Of a DNA stretch of 64,000 nt, positions 17,049 to 26,218 are shown piece by piece (the stretch's first letter is position 1; the number at the start of each line of letters is the position of its first letter). Position numbers and translations under genes: made by a program. The DNA is from Candidatus Krumholzibacteriia bacterium (GTDB lineage Bacteria > Krumholzibacteriota > Krumholzibacteriia > JAJRXK01), in the NCBI GenBank assembly GCA_041484665.1, contig JBGPIA010000007.1, forward strand, positions 1 to 64,000. The letters run 5' to 3'. The notes beneath the pieces are model-generated. The model saw only the letters and a program-made list of their open reading frames with translations, searched no databases and was not told the DNA's origin.

Positions 17049-18299
17049 TCAGTAACGCGGGAGGGAAGAATCCACTTCCCGCGCCCAGGCGTCAATCCCG
17101 CCGCGCAGATTCCGCACCCGGCCGAATCCGCTCTGGCGCAAGAAGCCGGCCGCATCGGCGCTGCGGCCCCCCAGCTTGCAGTAGACGACGATCTCGGCCT
17201 GCGGGTCGAGCTCCTGCAGCCGTGCGGGCAGCTGCGGCAGCGGGATCAGCGTAGCCCCCGGCAGGCTGCAGATGCTCCACTCGTCGGGGTTGCGCACGTC
17301 CAGCAAGAGCACTGGCGCGCGGCGGTCGAGCAAGTCCTTGAGCAGCGCCGGCTCGATCACCTGCTCGGGGAGCTCGGACGTCTCCTGCCCGATCGGCGAG
17401 CCGCAGAACTGCTCGTAGTCGATCAGCGTGCGGATCGTCGGGTGCGCGCCGCACAGGGGGCACTCGGGGTCCTTGCGCAGCTTCAGCTCGCGAAAGCGCA
17501 TGGTGAGCGCGTCCAGCAGCAACAGGCGCCCGACCAGGGTGTCGCCCGTTCTCAGGATCAGCTTGATCACCTCAGCCGCCTGGATCGTGCCGATGATCCC
17601 CGGCAGGATCCCCAGCACGCCGCCCTCGGCGCAGCTGGGCACCAGCCCGGGCGGTGGCGGCTCGGGATAGAGGCACCGGTAGCAGGGGCCTTGCTTGGCC
17701 CAGAACACCGAGGCCTGACCCTCGAAGCGGAAGATGCTCCCGTAGGCGTTGGGCTTGCCCAGGAGCACGCAGGCGTCGTTGACCAGGTAGCGCGTGGGGA
17801 AGTTGTCCGTTCCGTCGGCGACGATGTCGTAGTCGGCGAGGATCGGCAGGGCGTTCTGGGACGTCAGGCGGACCTCGTGCGTGTCGATCTGGATGAAGGG
17901 GTTGACGTCGAGCAGTCGGCGGCGTGCCGCCGCGAGCTTGCTCTGGCCCACGTCGCCCGCGGCGAAGAGGACCTGGCGGTGCAGATTGCTGTGGTCGACG
18001 GTGTCGAAGTCGACCAGCCCGATGCGACCCACCCCCGCGGCGGCGAGATAGAGCCCCAGGGGCGCGCCCAGACCACCCGCCCCCACCAGCAGCACGCTGG
18101 CCGCCTTGAGCTTCTTCTGCCCCTCCAACCCCACCTCGGGCAGGGTCAGGTGTCGCCCGTAGCGGGCCAACTCCTCGCGGCCGAGGTCGGGAAGCGGGGC
18201 GGCCGGGTCCCTGGGCGTGGCAGGCGGGAGCGCGGGTGTCGCGGGCGCGCGCAGGTTTGGCCGCAGGTTTGGCCGAGGAGAGGAGGAAGCACGGGTCAT
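17049..18299 (-). CDS. moeB: Molybdopterin-synthase adenylyltransferase with C-terminal rhodanese (MoeB/MoeZ)
   Basis: RYGRHLTL, GAGGLG, DFDTVDHSNLHRQ, DGTDNFPTRYLVND, CYRCLYP, CAEGGVLG, CPLCG. Rhodanese DVR...YCKLGGRS...NLRGGIDAW. Confidence 0.92.
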   Translation of the reverse strand: MTRASSSPRPNLRPNLRAPATPALPPATPRDPAAPLPDLGREELARYGRHLTLPEVGLEGQKKLKAASVLLVGAGGLGAPLGLYLAAAGVGRIGLVDFDTVDHSNLHRQVLFAAGDVGQSKLAAARRRLLDVNPFIQIDTHEVRLTSQNALPILADYDIVADGTDNFPTRYLVNDACVLLGKPNAYGSIFRFEGQASVFWAKQGPCYRCLYPEPPPPGLVPSCAEGGVLGILPGIIGTIQAAEVIKLILRTGDTLVGRLLLLDALTMRFRELKLRKDPECPLCGAHPTIRTLIDYEQFCGSPIGQETSELPEQVIEPALLKDLLDRRAPVLLLDVRNPDEWSICSLPGATLIPLPQLPARLQELDPQAEIVVYCKLGGRSADAAGFLRQSGFGRVRNLRGGIDAWAREVDSSLPRY

Positions 18300-18482
18300 G
18301 GTGGCCAAGAGGATACAAACTCCAGCCCGGCGCCGCCGCTGCCCTGGCGGCAGGTCGTTCGGGCGACGCTCGCTTTGAAGCTTCGTGCAGCGCGGACCGT
18401 CCGCGCCCGGAGCTTCCACGTTGGCCCGTGGCACGCGGGGCTCTATGCTCCGCAGGCTGATCCGATCTACCTGGGGTGGACC

Positions 18483-18866
18483 ATGAGCGAACAACCCGCC
18501 GATCGCCTCGACGCGCTCTTGCCCGATCTGCGGGAGTTCGTCCGCGCCCGCGACTGGGAGCAATTCCACGACCCCAAGAACCTGGCAATGGCGGTGGCCT
18601 CGGAGGCCGGCGAGCTGCTGGCCGAGTACCGTTGGGTGCGCAACGACGAGGCGGACGCCTATTCTCGCGGCGACGAGCAGCGCACGCGCATCGCCCACGA
18701 GATCGCCGACGTGATGATCGCCCTGCTGCTGCTGTGCGACCGCATCGGGCTGGATCCAGTGCAGGCGATGCGGGACAAGTTGGTGCTCAACGCCCGCAAG
18801 TACCCTGTGGAGCACGCCCGCGGACGGGCCGATCCGGGCAGCCCGTCTGTCCTTCCCAAGCCCTAG
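18483..18866 (+). CDS. MazG-like nucleotide pyrophosphohydrolase (dCTP pyrophosphatase type)
   Basis: RDWEQFHDPKNLAMAVASEAGELL, EIADV, K...NARKYP. Confidence 0.9.
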   Translation: MSEQPADRLDALLPDLREFVRARDWEQFHDPKNLAMAVASEAGELLAEYRWVRNDEADAYSRGDEQRTRIAHEIADVMIALLLLCDRIGLDPVQAMRDKLVLNARKYPVEHARGRADPGSPSVLPKP

Positions 18867-18951
18867 CCGCTTCGCGAGTCCAAACTCCTCGCCCCTTCAC
18901 CGGTCCAGAGCCCCGGCCGCATCGCCAGTCCAAAGCCCTCGCCCAGTGTCC
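18852..18951. repeat. 25-bp degenerate tandem repeat x4 between convergent genes
   Basis: Units at 18852, 18877, 18902 and 18927; consensus approximately AGTCCAAAGCCCTCGCCGCTTCGCC. Confidence 0.7.
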
Positions 18952-18965
18952 TGCCTTACCGCTGG

Positions 18966-20717
18966 TCAGCGCACCTCCAGGCGTCCAACGCCGGTGAGCG
19001 CCAGGCGCAGGTTCTCCCCCAAGCGGTGGCGGTTGTACTCCTTGCGCTCGATCACGTGGATCTTGTCCAGGTTGTACACCATCCACAGCGGGGCCGTCGC
19101 GTCCTGCACGGCTTGCTCGTAGAGTCCCGTGCTGGGCGGCCCCCCCACGTGGTAGCGGCGCATGAGCTGCGCGATGTCCAGCGCCAGCGGTTGCAGGCCG
19201 AGCTTGTGGGACGGCCGATCCATGGGCATGTCCACGCGTGCCAAGATTGGATCGGTCAAGCCCAAGAGGTGGACCGCGCGGTTGGCCGGATCCTTGTAGA
19301 GCGCGACGCACCACAAGCTGGTCGACACCCCGGTGTAGTGGACCTCGCCCTGGATCCGCTTGAGCTCCCGGTAGGCGGGCTTCGCGTCGATCTTCGCGCC
19401 GGTGCTCCAGGGCGACACGGACAGGTCGGCGTGGTAGCGGTGGATGGCCCGGTCCTCGATCTTGTTCACGATGTGGTGCTCACCCTGACCCAGCAACGGA
19501 TGACGGCTGAGCTGGGGCGGATACTGCAGTCCCGCCGCGGCTAGGGCGGCCACGCTCAACAGAGTTGCGACGATGCGGCCGCGGCGCGCACCGACCACGC
19601 CGATCGACTGCGTGAACTGCTCGGCGATCCCCGAGCCGGCGGCGACGATCAGCGTGAACGGGAACGCCAGGAAGCGGAAATGACGGTGGTCGCCTCCGAC
19701 CCGCACCACGTGCAACAGCACCGTCGCGGCCGCCGCGAGCATGAGCAGGCGCGGCGCCAGCCGCAGCGCGGCTGCGCCTCGCCACGACCAGGCCAGCATC
19801 GCCACCAGCGCGAGCAGCACCGGGGAGAGCCAGTAGGTCCCCGCCGTGTCCTGCCAGTAGAGCCAACCCTGCTTCCAGTCCGTCACGTTCTTGAGGTACC
19901 AGGTGTTGGGGAGCAGGTCGGCGTAGTAGACGATGCGGAACCCCAGCCAGGCGCCGTTGAGCGTCACGATCCATGCGGTCATCCACCGGGGGAAGCGTCG
20001 CATCGTGCGCCATGCCAAAGCCCAGCACAAGAGGAGTGGTGCCGCGAGCTCGGGCCGCACCAGCGGGCTCAGCGCCAGGCAGAACTGCAGCGCGCACGAC
20101 GTTGGGTTGGTGAGGAACAGCGCGTACACGACGCCAGCGAGCAGGACCAGCGGGGTCTCGAGCCCCGACGTGAAGTTCGCGAGCACACCGTAGTTCGAGG
20201 CGAGGTAGCAGAGCGGCAGCGCGACGACCGGCGCAAGGCCGGCCGCTCGCGCTCGGGCGTCCCCGTCCGCTGCGGCGCCCGGTGACATGCGCCGGTTGAG
20301 GACGACGAGCGAGAGCCAGAACAGGGCGAAGGCGATCAAGCCGATCGCGCGTACGATGGTCCAGTAACCCAGGCCGGTGGCGCGCAGCGCCAGCAACAGC
20401 AGCGTCCAGAGCGGACTGGTGTAGCCCTCCACGTACTCGCCCAGGTTGTAGACGAGGCCGATCTTGAGGAAGAGGGCGTTGTCGACGTATCGGAAGTAGA
20501 CGAACGCGTCGTCCATGACCCAGGCGTACTGCATGACCAGCAGCAGGCCGCCCAGCAGACAGAGCCATTCGATCCAGGACGGCGCCGGCAAGACCGGCGA
20601 CAGGCGCAAGCGCCACGGCGCGGGCAGGGCGCACGGCGACAACGCTGCGGCCGCAGCGGCGCCCGCGGGGGACTCTCCGCCGTGCACCGATCGTGTGGAT
20701 CCGCGCCTGCTGACCAT
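18966..20717 (-). CDS. Polytopic membrane protein, GT-C/arabinofuranosyltransferase-like
   Basis: WVMDDAFVYFRYVDN...G.VYN.GEYVEGYTSPLW, SGLETPL, LVRPE, FR..YY.DLLPNT.YLK, GGD....RF. Many TM segments. Start uncertain. Confidence 0.7.
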   Translation of the reverse strand: MVSRRGSTRSVHGGESPAGAAAAAALSPCALPAPWRLRLSPVLPAPSWIEWLCLLGGLLLVMQYAWVMDDAFVYFRYVDNALFLKIGLVYNLGEYVEGYTSPLWTLLLLALRATGLGYWTIVRAIGLIAFALFWLSLVVLNRRMSPGAAADGDARARAAGLAPVVALPLCYLASNYGVLANFTSGLETPLVLLAGVVYALFLTNPTSCALQFCLALSPLVRPELAAPLLLCWALAWRTMRRFPRWMTAWIVTLNGAWLGFRIVYYADLLPNTWYLKNVTDWKQGWLYWQDTAGTYWLSPVLLALVAMLAWSWRGAAALRLAPRLLMLAAAATVLLHVVRVGGDHRHFRFLAFPFTLIVAAGSGIAEQFTQSIGVVGARRGRIVATLLSVAALAAAGLQYPPQLSRHPLLGQGEHHIVNKIEDRAIHRYHADLSVSPWSTGAKIDAKPAYRELKRIQGEVHYTGVSTSLWCVALYKDPANRAVHLLGLTDPILARVDMPMDRPSHKLGLQPLALDIAQLMRRYHVGGPPSTGLYEQAVQDATAPLWMVYNLDKIHVIERKEYNRHRLGENLRLALTGVGRLEVR

Positions 20718-20770
20718 CGGTCGCGCCGCCTCCCGTCGTGCGTGTCGCGCTCCCCGGCCGAGAGCTTGGG

Positions 20771-22051
20771 CTAGCGGCGGCTGGGGTTGGCGAAGCGGTG
20801 GATCTTGCCGTCGAACGCCGTCATCAGCAGCTCGCCGTCGCGATCCTCGCCGAAGCTGGAGACGTGGGGCAAGCGGCCGATGAGCTGCTCGCGGGTGATC
20901 TGCTCGCCGTTCCACCACGCCGCCCACACATAACCCGTCTCGTAGTCCCCGTGGACGTAGGCGCCGCGTAGCGGCACGACCTTCGCGCCCCGGTAGACGT
21001 AGCCGCCGGTGACGCTGCGCGCGAGCAGGCGGGTGTACTCCAGCACCGGCTCGACGAACGGTCCCTCGCCTTCTCCCCCATGGTAGTCGTGGGCGCCTTC
21101 GCGGCGGCTCCAACCGTAGTTGCCGCCGGGCACGATGATGTCGACCTCCTCCCAATGGTCCTGGCCCACATCGCCGACCCACAGCGCGCCCGTGGCGCGA
21201 TCGAAGGAGAACCGCCACGGATTGCGCATCCCGTAGGCGAGGATCTCGGGCCGGGCGCCGCGCGTGCCCACGAATGGATTGTCGGCCGGGACAGCGTACG
21301 GTGTCGCGGGGCCGCGGCTGCCCGCCTGCGCCGCTGTGTCGCCCACGTCGATGCGCAGGATCTTCCCCAGCCAGGTCCCCAGGTTCTGGCCATTGTGGAG
21401 CGGGTCGCCGCCCGATCCCCCATCGCCGAAACCGATGTACAGGTAGCCGTCGGGTCCGAACTCGATCATGCCACCCTTGTGGTTTCCGAAGGGCTGCGGC
21501 TGCTCGAGGATGACCTGCTCCGTCTCTGGCAGGATGTGCTCGTGGCGTTCGTCCATCGTGAAGCGTGCGATCACGCCGCGCCGCGGGCGATCCGCCGAGT
21601 AATGCACGTAGACGTAGCGGTTCTGGGCGAAGCGCGGGTGGAGGGCCATCCCCAGCAGACCCTCCTCGTTGTTGCCGCGATACACTTTGTCGCGCAGATC
21701 GAGGGCGACCGTGGTGTGCTCCACGTCCGGATCGTTGTCGAACAGATGCACCACGCCGTCCTGCTCCAGGACGAACAGCCGGTCGCTGCCGTCACGGGAA
21801 TGGGTGACGTAGAGGGGGCGTTCGAAGCTCAAGTGGGCAAACGCCACCTCGATCGTCACGCCCGGGAGCTGGGAGGGGTTGTCCCTCACCGTGAGCGTCT
21901 TGAACCGGGCGGGCGACGATGACGCGGCGGCGGTCGCCGCGGGAAGGAAAGGTGCTTGGGCGAAGCCCGGCCGCAAGGTCGGGGCGAGCAGCACAGCCGC
22001 CGCCAGGAGGGCCGACGAGGCCTTTGGCGTGCGGCGGATTGCGCGGATCAC
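20771..22051 (-). CDS. PQQ-dependent sugar (glucose/sorbosone) dehydrogenase family, exported
   Basis: EEGLLGMALHPRF, NHKGGMIEFGPDGYLYIGFGDGG, GKILRIDV, YGMRNPWRFSFD, GDVGQ..WEE, GNYGW, SFGED. GTG 22051 overlaps the sucA stop. Confidence 0.88.
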   Translation of the reverse strand: MIRAIRRTPKASSALLAAAVLLAPTLRPGFAQAPFLPAATAAASSSPARFKTLTVRDNPSQLPGVTIEVAFAHLSFERPLYVTHSRDGSDRLFVLEQDGVVHLFDNDPDVEHTTVALDLRDKVYRGNNEEGLLGMALHPRFAQNRYVYVHYSADRPRRGVIARFTMDERHEHILPETEQVILEQPQPFGNHKGGMIEFGPDGYLYIGFGDGGSGGDPLHNGQNLGTWLGKILRIDVGDTAAQAGSRGPATPYAVPADNPFVGTRGARPEILAYGMRNPWRFSFDRATGALWVGDVGQDHWEEVDIIVPGGNYGWSRREGAHDYHGGEGEGPFVEPVLEYTRLLARSVTGGYVYRGAKVVPLRGAYVHGDYETGYVWAAWWNGEQITREQLIGRLPHVSSFGEDRDGELLMTAFDGKIHRFANPSRR

Positions 22052-24642
22052 GCGAACGCCAGGCCCAGGAGCGCCTGCTGCTCGAGGGCGTGGGCCTTGG
22101 TCGAGCCGGTGGCGGGGCTCGCGCTGGCGGAGCGCTTGACCGAGGTCACGTGCCGTTCGCCGGCGAGCCGTTGCAGGTGCGGCCGCACGTAGGAGAGCGC
22201 GCCCATGTTCGCCGGCTCCTCCTGGACCCACACGATCTTGCGCGCGTCGCGATGGCGCAGCAGCTCCTCCTGGACCGCCTGCTCGGGGAACGGGTAGAGC
22301 TGCACGAGTTGCGCGATGGCCACGTCCAGCGCGTTGCGCTTGCTACGCTGCGCCGCCAGCTCGTGGGCGATCTTGCCCGAGCAGAAGATCAGTCGCTGCG
22401 CGTCCTGCACGGTGGCGTCCGCGACCACGGGCTGGAAGCGCCCCGCGGCCAGCTCTGCGAGCGGCGAGGCCGCCGCCTCCGCGCGCAGCATCCCCTTGGG
22501 CGTGAACACGATCAGCGGCTTGCGCCAGGTCAAGAGCGCCTGGCGGCGCAGCAGGTGGTAGTACTGCGCGGCGCTGGATGGCTGGCAGATCTGGAGGTTG
22601 TCCTCGGCGGCCAGCTGCAGGAAGCGCTCGATGCGGGCGCTGGAGTGCTCGGGCCCCTGGCCCTCGAAGCCGTGGGGCAACAGCAGCACGAGACCTGAGA
22701 GCAGGCCCCACTTGTCCTCACCCGCGCTGAGGAATTGGTCGATGACGATCTGCGCGCCATTCGCGAAGTCGCCGAATTGCGCCTCCCAGCACACCAGCGC
22801 GTCGGGAAAATCGCGGCTGAAGCCGTACTCGAATCCCAACGCGGCCGCCTCGGAGAGGCAGGTGTCGTAGACGTCGAACCGTCCCTGGCCAGCACGCAGA
22901 TGGCGCAGCGGAATGTGCTCGGCCTCGGTCTGGCGATCGATGAGCACCGCGTGGCGCTGGTTGAAGGTGCCGCGGCGGCTGTCCTCGCCGGTCAGCCGCA
23001 CGAGCATGCCGTCCCACACCAGCGAGCCGAACGCCAGGGCCTCGGCCATCGCCCAATCGACCGCTCGCTGGCCTTCCCCCATCTCGCGGCGCTGCTCCAT
23101 GAGCTTCTTCAGCTTGGGGTGCACGTTGAAGCCCTCCGGCACCCGGGTGAGCAGGCGCGCGACCTCGGCCAGGTGCTCCGGCGGCAGGCGCGTGTCCACC
23201 TCGTAGGCGGCATCCCAACGGCCGCCGTGGTAGCGGTCCCAGTAGGGCGGCAGCGTGCGCAGCACGGGCTTGCGCTGCTGGGCGCGCCCCACCGCCTGCT
23301 CGTGGGTGAGCCGGGCGTGGATCTGCTCGCGCAGCTGCCCGAGTGCCTCGGCCGAGGCGCCGATGCGCTGCGCGTAGACCTCCCACAGCATCGGATGCGC
23401 CTCGATCTTGCGGTAGAGGATCGGCTGCGTGGTCGTGGGATCCTCCACCTCGCTGTGGCCGTAGCGGCGGAAGCCGATCAAGTCGATCAGCACATCGCTG
23501 GCGAACCGCGACCGGTATTCCGCCGCAAGGCGTGCCACCCGCACGACCGCGTCGGGGTCCTCGCCATTGACGTGCAGGATGGGGATCGAAAGCCGCTTGG
23601 CCAGATCCGAGGCGAAGCGCGAGGAGTGCAGCGCGGCCGGCGTAGCGGTAAATCCCACCAGGTTGTTCACGAGCACGTGGATGCATCCGCCCACGGTGAA
23701 TCCGCGCAGGTCGGCCATGTTGAGCACCTCGGCCGCGATCCCCTGGCCGGCGAACGCGGCGTCGCCGTGCAGCAGGATCGCAACGACGCGGCGCGGACCG
23801 TCCTCACCCAGGCGCTCCTGGCGCGCCCGCGCGCGTCCGAGGATCACCGGGTCGACCGCCTCGAGGTGGCTCGGGTTGCTCACCAAGTGCACGCGCAGGG
23901 TCCCCCCTGCCGCGGTGGGAGCGTCGCCGGTGGCGCCCAGGTGGTACTTGACGTCCCCGCTGCCCAGCACGCTTCGCGGGTCGACGTCCTCGATGCCCGC
24001 GAAGAGCTCGGCCCCGGGCACGCGCACCACGTTGGCCATCACGTTGAGACGACCGCGGTGACTCATGGCGATCAGCACCGTCTCGCCGTGCTGATCGGCC
24101 AAGGTCTGCAGACAGGAGTCCAGCAGCGGGATGATCGCCGCGACCCCCTCCAGCGAGTAACGCTTGCTGCCGACGTAGCGCGCGTGCAGGAAGCGCTCGA
24201 ACAGCTCGGCCTCTGCCAGCCGCGCCAGGACGGCGTGGTGATCGACGGCGGGCGGCGGCTCCTCCAGGCGCGCGGCCACCCAGCGGCAACGTTGCTCATC
24301 GGTGATGTGCATGAACTCCGCCCCGATCGTGCCGCAGTAGAGGGCGCGCCAGCGCGCGATCTCGGGAGCCGCGGCGCCGGCGCAGGCGTCAGCCAGCTCC
24401 GGGTGCTCCAGCGGCGCCAGTCTGCCCATCGGATCGAGGTCGGCCTGCAGATAGCCCCAGCGTCGAAAGGCCTCCGCCAGCGGATCGCGACGCGCAGCCG
24501 GCGCCGGCGCCGCAGCGAGGGGCGCGGATGCGGCCGGGGACGCGGACGCCGCAGGGGGCGCGGGCGCGCAGGCGCCTGGAGCCTTCGCCTTTGCGGCTGC
24601 CGGCTGCTTTGCCGGGTCGGATCGCGAGCGCGCGGCCATCAC
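22048..24642 (-). CDS. sucA: 2-oxoglutarate dehydrogenase E1 component
   Basis: KRYSLEG, MSHRGRLNV, GDVKYHLG, NPSHLEAVDP, TPP motif HGDAAFAGQG...NN, RRYGHSE, RGTFNQRH, WEAQFGDFANG, LPHGFEGQGPEHSSAR, WVQEEP.NMG. Confidence 0.93.
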   Translation of the reverse strand: MMAARSRSDPAKQPAAAKAKAPGACAPAPPAASASPAASAPLAAAPAPAARRDPLAEAFRRWGYLQADLDPMGRLAPLEHPELADACAGAAAPEIARWRALYCGTIGAEFMHITDEQRCRWVAARLEEPPPAVDHHAVLARLAEAELFERFLHARYVGSKRYSLEGVAAIIPLLDSCLQTLADQHGETVLIAMSHRGRLNVMANVVRVPGAELFAGIEDVDPRSVLGSGDVKYHLGATGDAPTAAGGTLRVHLVSNPSHLEAVDPVILGRARARQERLGEDGPRRVVAILLHGDAAFAGQGIAAEVLNMADLRGFTVGGCIHVLVNNLVGFTATPAALHSSRFASDLAKRLSIPILHVNGEDPDAVVRVARLAAEYRSRFASDVLIDLIGFRRYGHSEVEDPTTTQPILYRKIEAHPMLWEVYAQRIGASAEALGQLREQIHARLTHEQAVGRAQQRKPVLRTLPPYWDRYHGGRWDAAYEVDTRLPPEHLAEVARLLTRVPEGFNVHPKLKKLMEQRREMGEGQRAVDWAMAEALAFGSLVWDGMLVRLTGEDSRRGTFNQRHAVLIDRQTEAEHIPLRHLRAGQGRFDVYDTCLSEAAALGFEYGFSRDFPDALVCWEAQFGDFANGAQIVIDQFLSAGEDKWGLLSGLVLLLPHGFEGQGPEHSSARIERFLQLAAEDNLQICQPSSAAQYYHLLRRQALLTWRKPLIVFTPKGMLRAEAAASPLAELAAGRFQPVVADATVQDAQRLIFCSGKIAHELAAQRSKRNALDVAIAQLVQLYPFPEQAVQEELLRHRDARKIVWVQEEPANMGALSYVRPHLQRLAGERHVTSVKRSASASPATGSTKAHALEQQALLGLAFA

Positions 24643-25058
24643 TCCCCCAACAGGTGGGCGGCGACCTGACGCTGGTGGGCGCGCTGGCGGTGCTCGAACA
24701 GATAGATGCCCTGCCAGGTGCCCAGGGTCGGCGCACCGCGACGGACCGGGAGCGAGAGCGTGGTGGCCGTCAGAGCGGCACGCACGTGCGCCGGCATGTC
24801 GTCGGGCCCCTCGGCCACGTGGCGAAAGAGCGGATCGCCTTCGGGTACGAGCCGGCGCAGGAATGCCTCGAGATCCGCCTGCACCTGCGGGTCAGCGTTC
24901 TCCTGGACGACGAGCGAGGCCGAGGTGTGACGCACCTGCAACGTGAGGAGCCCCTCGCGCACGCCGCTCTCGCGCACCCAGGCCACGACATCGCTGGTGA
25001 AGTCGAAGAGGCCCGCCCCCTGCGTGGGGACGGTGAACTCGTGCAGGAGCTGCCGGAT
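24639..25058 (-). CDS. yjbQ: YjbQ / secondary thiamine-phosphate synthase (UPF0047)
   Basis: HTSASL..QENADP.V, H..EGPDDMPAHVRAAL, LGTWQGIYLFEH. The best RBS (GGAGGT) precedes ATC at 25058; the nearest canonical starts lie far upstream. Confidence 0.85.
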   Translation of the reverse strand: MRQLLHEFTVPTQGAGLFDFTSDVVAWVRESGVREGLLTLQVRHTSASLVVQENADPQVQADLEAFLRRLVPEGDPLFRHVAEGPDDMPAHVRAALTATTLSLPVRRGAPTLGTWQGIYLFEHRQRAHQRQVAAHLLGE

Positions 25059-25370
25059 CGTCGACCTCCGCGGCTGCGCGGCGTCGCCGGGGGATCCGGC
25101 GCCCGCGGGGCCGCGCCGCGACGGCCGCAGACGGCGGACCGGCACGGGCGCGGAGCCGCCACACGATACAACGCCGGCGCGCAGCGCGCACCGGCTCCGG
25201 CCAGCGGCACGCTTGCCGAGCGCCCGCCACGCGCGCGTCACGCGCCGGTCGCGCACGCGCACGGCGTGTGCCCGCGCACGCCGTGTGCCCGCGCTCGCGC
25301 TGCTTGCGACTTTGGCTCGATCCGCGGGCGGGGGCCGTTCACGACTGCAGTGGCGATTGCCGCCGGCGGG

Positions 25371-25402
25371 AAATGAAAAGGCGGGAGCCCGCGCCCCCGC
25401 CC
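25371..25402 (-). terminator. Rho-independent terminator after the 25431-26036 gene
   Basis: Minus strand GGCGGGGGC-GCGG-GCTCCCGCC followed by TTTTCATTT. Confidence 0.75.
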
Positions 25403-25430
25403 TTCTCGATCGATGTCCGCTGCGCTGGCT

Positions 25431-26036
25431 CTAGGGGCAGTGGTTGCCCGTGTTCAGCACCGCGGAGAAGATCCCGACATCCGCCAGGTTGATCGTACCG
25501 GTGGGCACGTAATCCGCGCAGAACGAGAAGAGCGTGTTCAGCGCCGCGGAGAACGGACCGACGTCGGCCAGATTCACGAGCCGGTCGCCCGTGATGTCCG
25601 GGCTGTTGATGTTGATCGCCAGCGCCGGGCTGCCGGTGATGGGCGTGCCATTGATCACGGCCCGGAGGCCGCCGGTCTCACAGCCACCGCCGGCGATCGT
25701 GCCGGTGATGGTCGTGACGCCCGAGGCGTTCGTGTTGGCAGATGCGGAGCTGCCACCCGGGCACTGGTTGATCTGGCCCGCGACGACGCTCACTACCCAG
25801 ATGTCAGCTGCGGGGAAATTGTTGATCGGCACGCCGTTGCCGTCGCGTACGGTAACAGTGATCGTGGAACCCTGCGCGGCGAAGGTCTGGCCGGTGCCGC
25901 CAGGCGAGATCCACATCGTGCCGGCGGCGGCGGTCGCCGTGCTGAGCGCGGTGTCCGGGATCCCCGCCGCGGCGAGGCCGGCGAGGCCGAGCACGCAGGC
26001 TGCGGCGCCGAGCAAAATCATGGGCGTCCTCTTCAT
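25431..26036 (-). CDS. Secreted protein, Ig-like body with C-terminal dockerin/EF-hand-like repeats (paralogue 1)
   Basis: AGGAGG RBS and signal peptide MKRTPMILLG...AAA. Thr/Gly-rich beta-type body. DITGDRLVNLADV and DYVPTGTINLADV loops. Confidence 0.75.
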   Translation of the reverse strand: MKRTPMILLGAAACVLGLAGLAAAGIPDTALSTATAAAGTMWISPGGTGQTFAAQGSTITVTVRDGNGVPINNFPAADIWVVSVVAGQINQCPGGSSASANTNASGVTTITGTIAGGGCETGGLRAVINGTPITGSPALAININSPDITGDRLVNLADVGPFSAALNTLFSFCADYVPTGTINLADVGIFSAVLNTGNHCP

Positions 26037-26218
26037 CGTGAAGTCCTCCTGGGACGAATAATCCAGCCGGTGAAGCCACCGGCGCGCATGCGACAGGAAC
26101 AATCCGCGACTTTCGGCCTCTTTTCGCCTGACTCGAGTTGAGCCCGAACTGGGCCAAAGGAGTCTACCACCGTTCCAGGGAAGGATGCAACGGGCTCGGC
26201 CAGGCCGCTGCGTCGGCG

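Noticed and set aside
18483..18866. Anti-phage defence island built from the MazG-like, trypsin-like (29126) and exonuclease (44097) genes
   Set aside because: They are dispersed among housekeeping genes, show no visible compositional shift and lack partner ATPases, nucleases or mobility genes.
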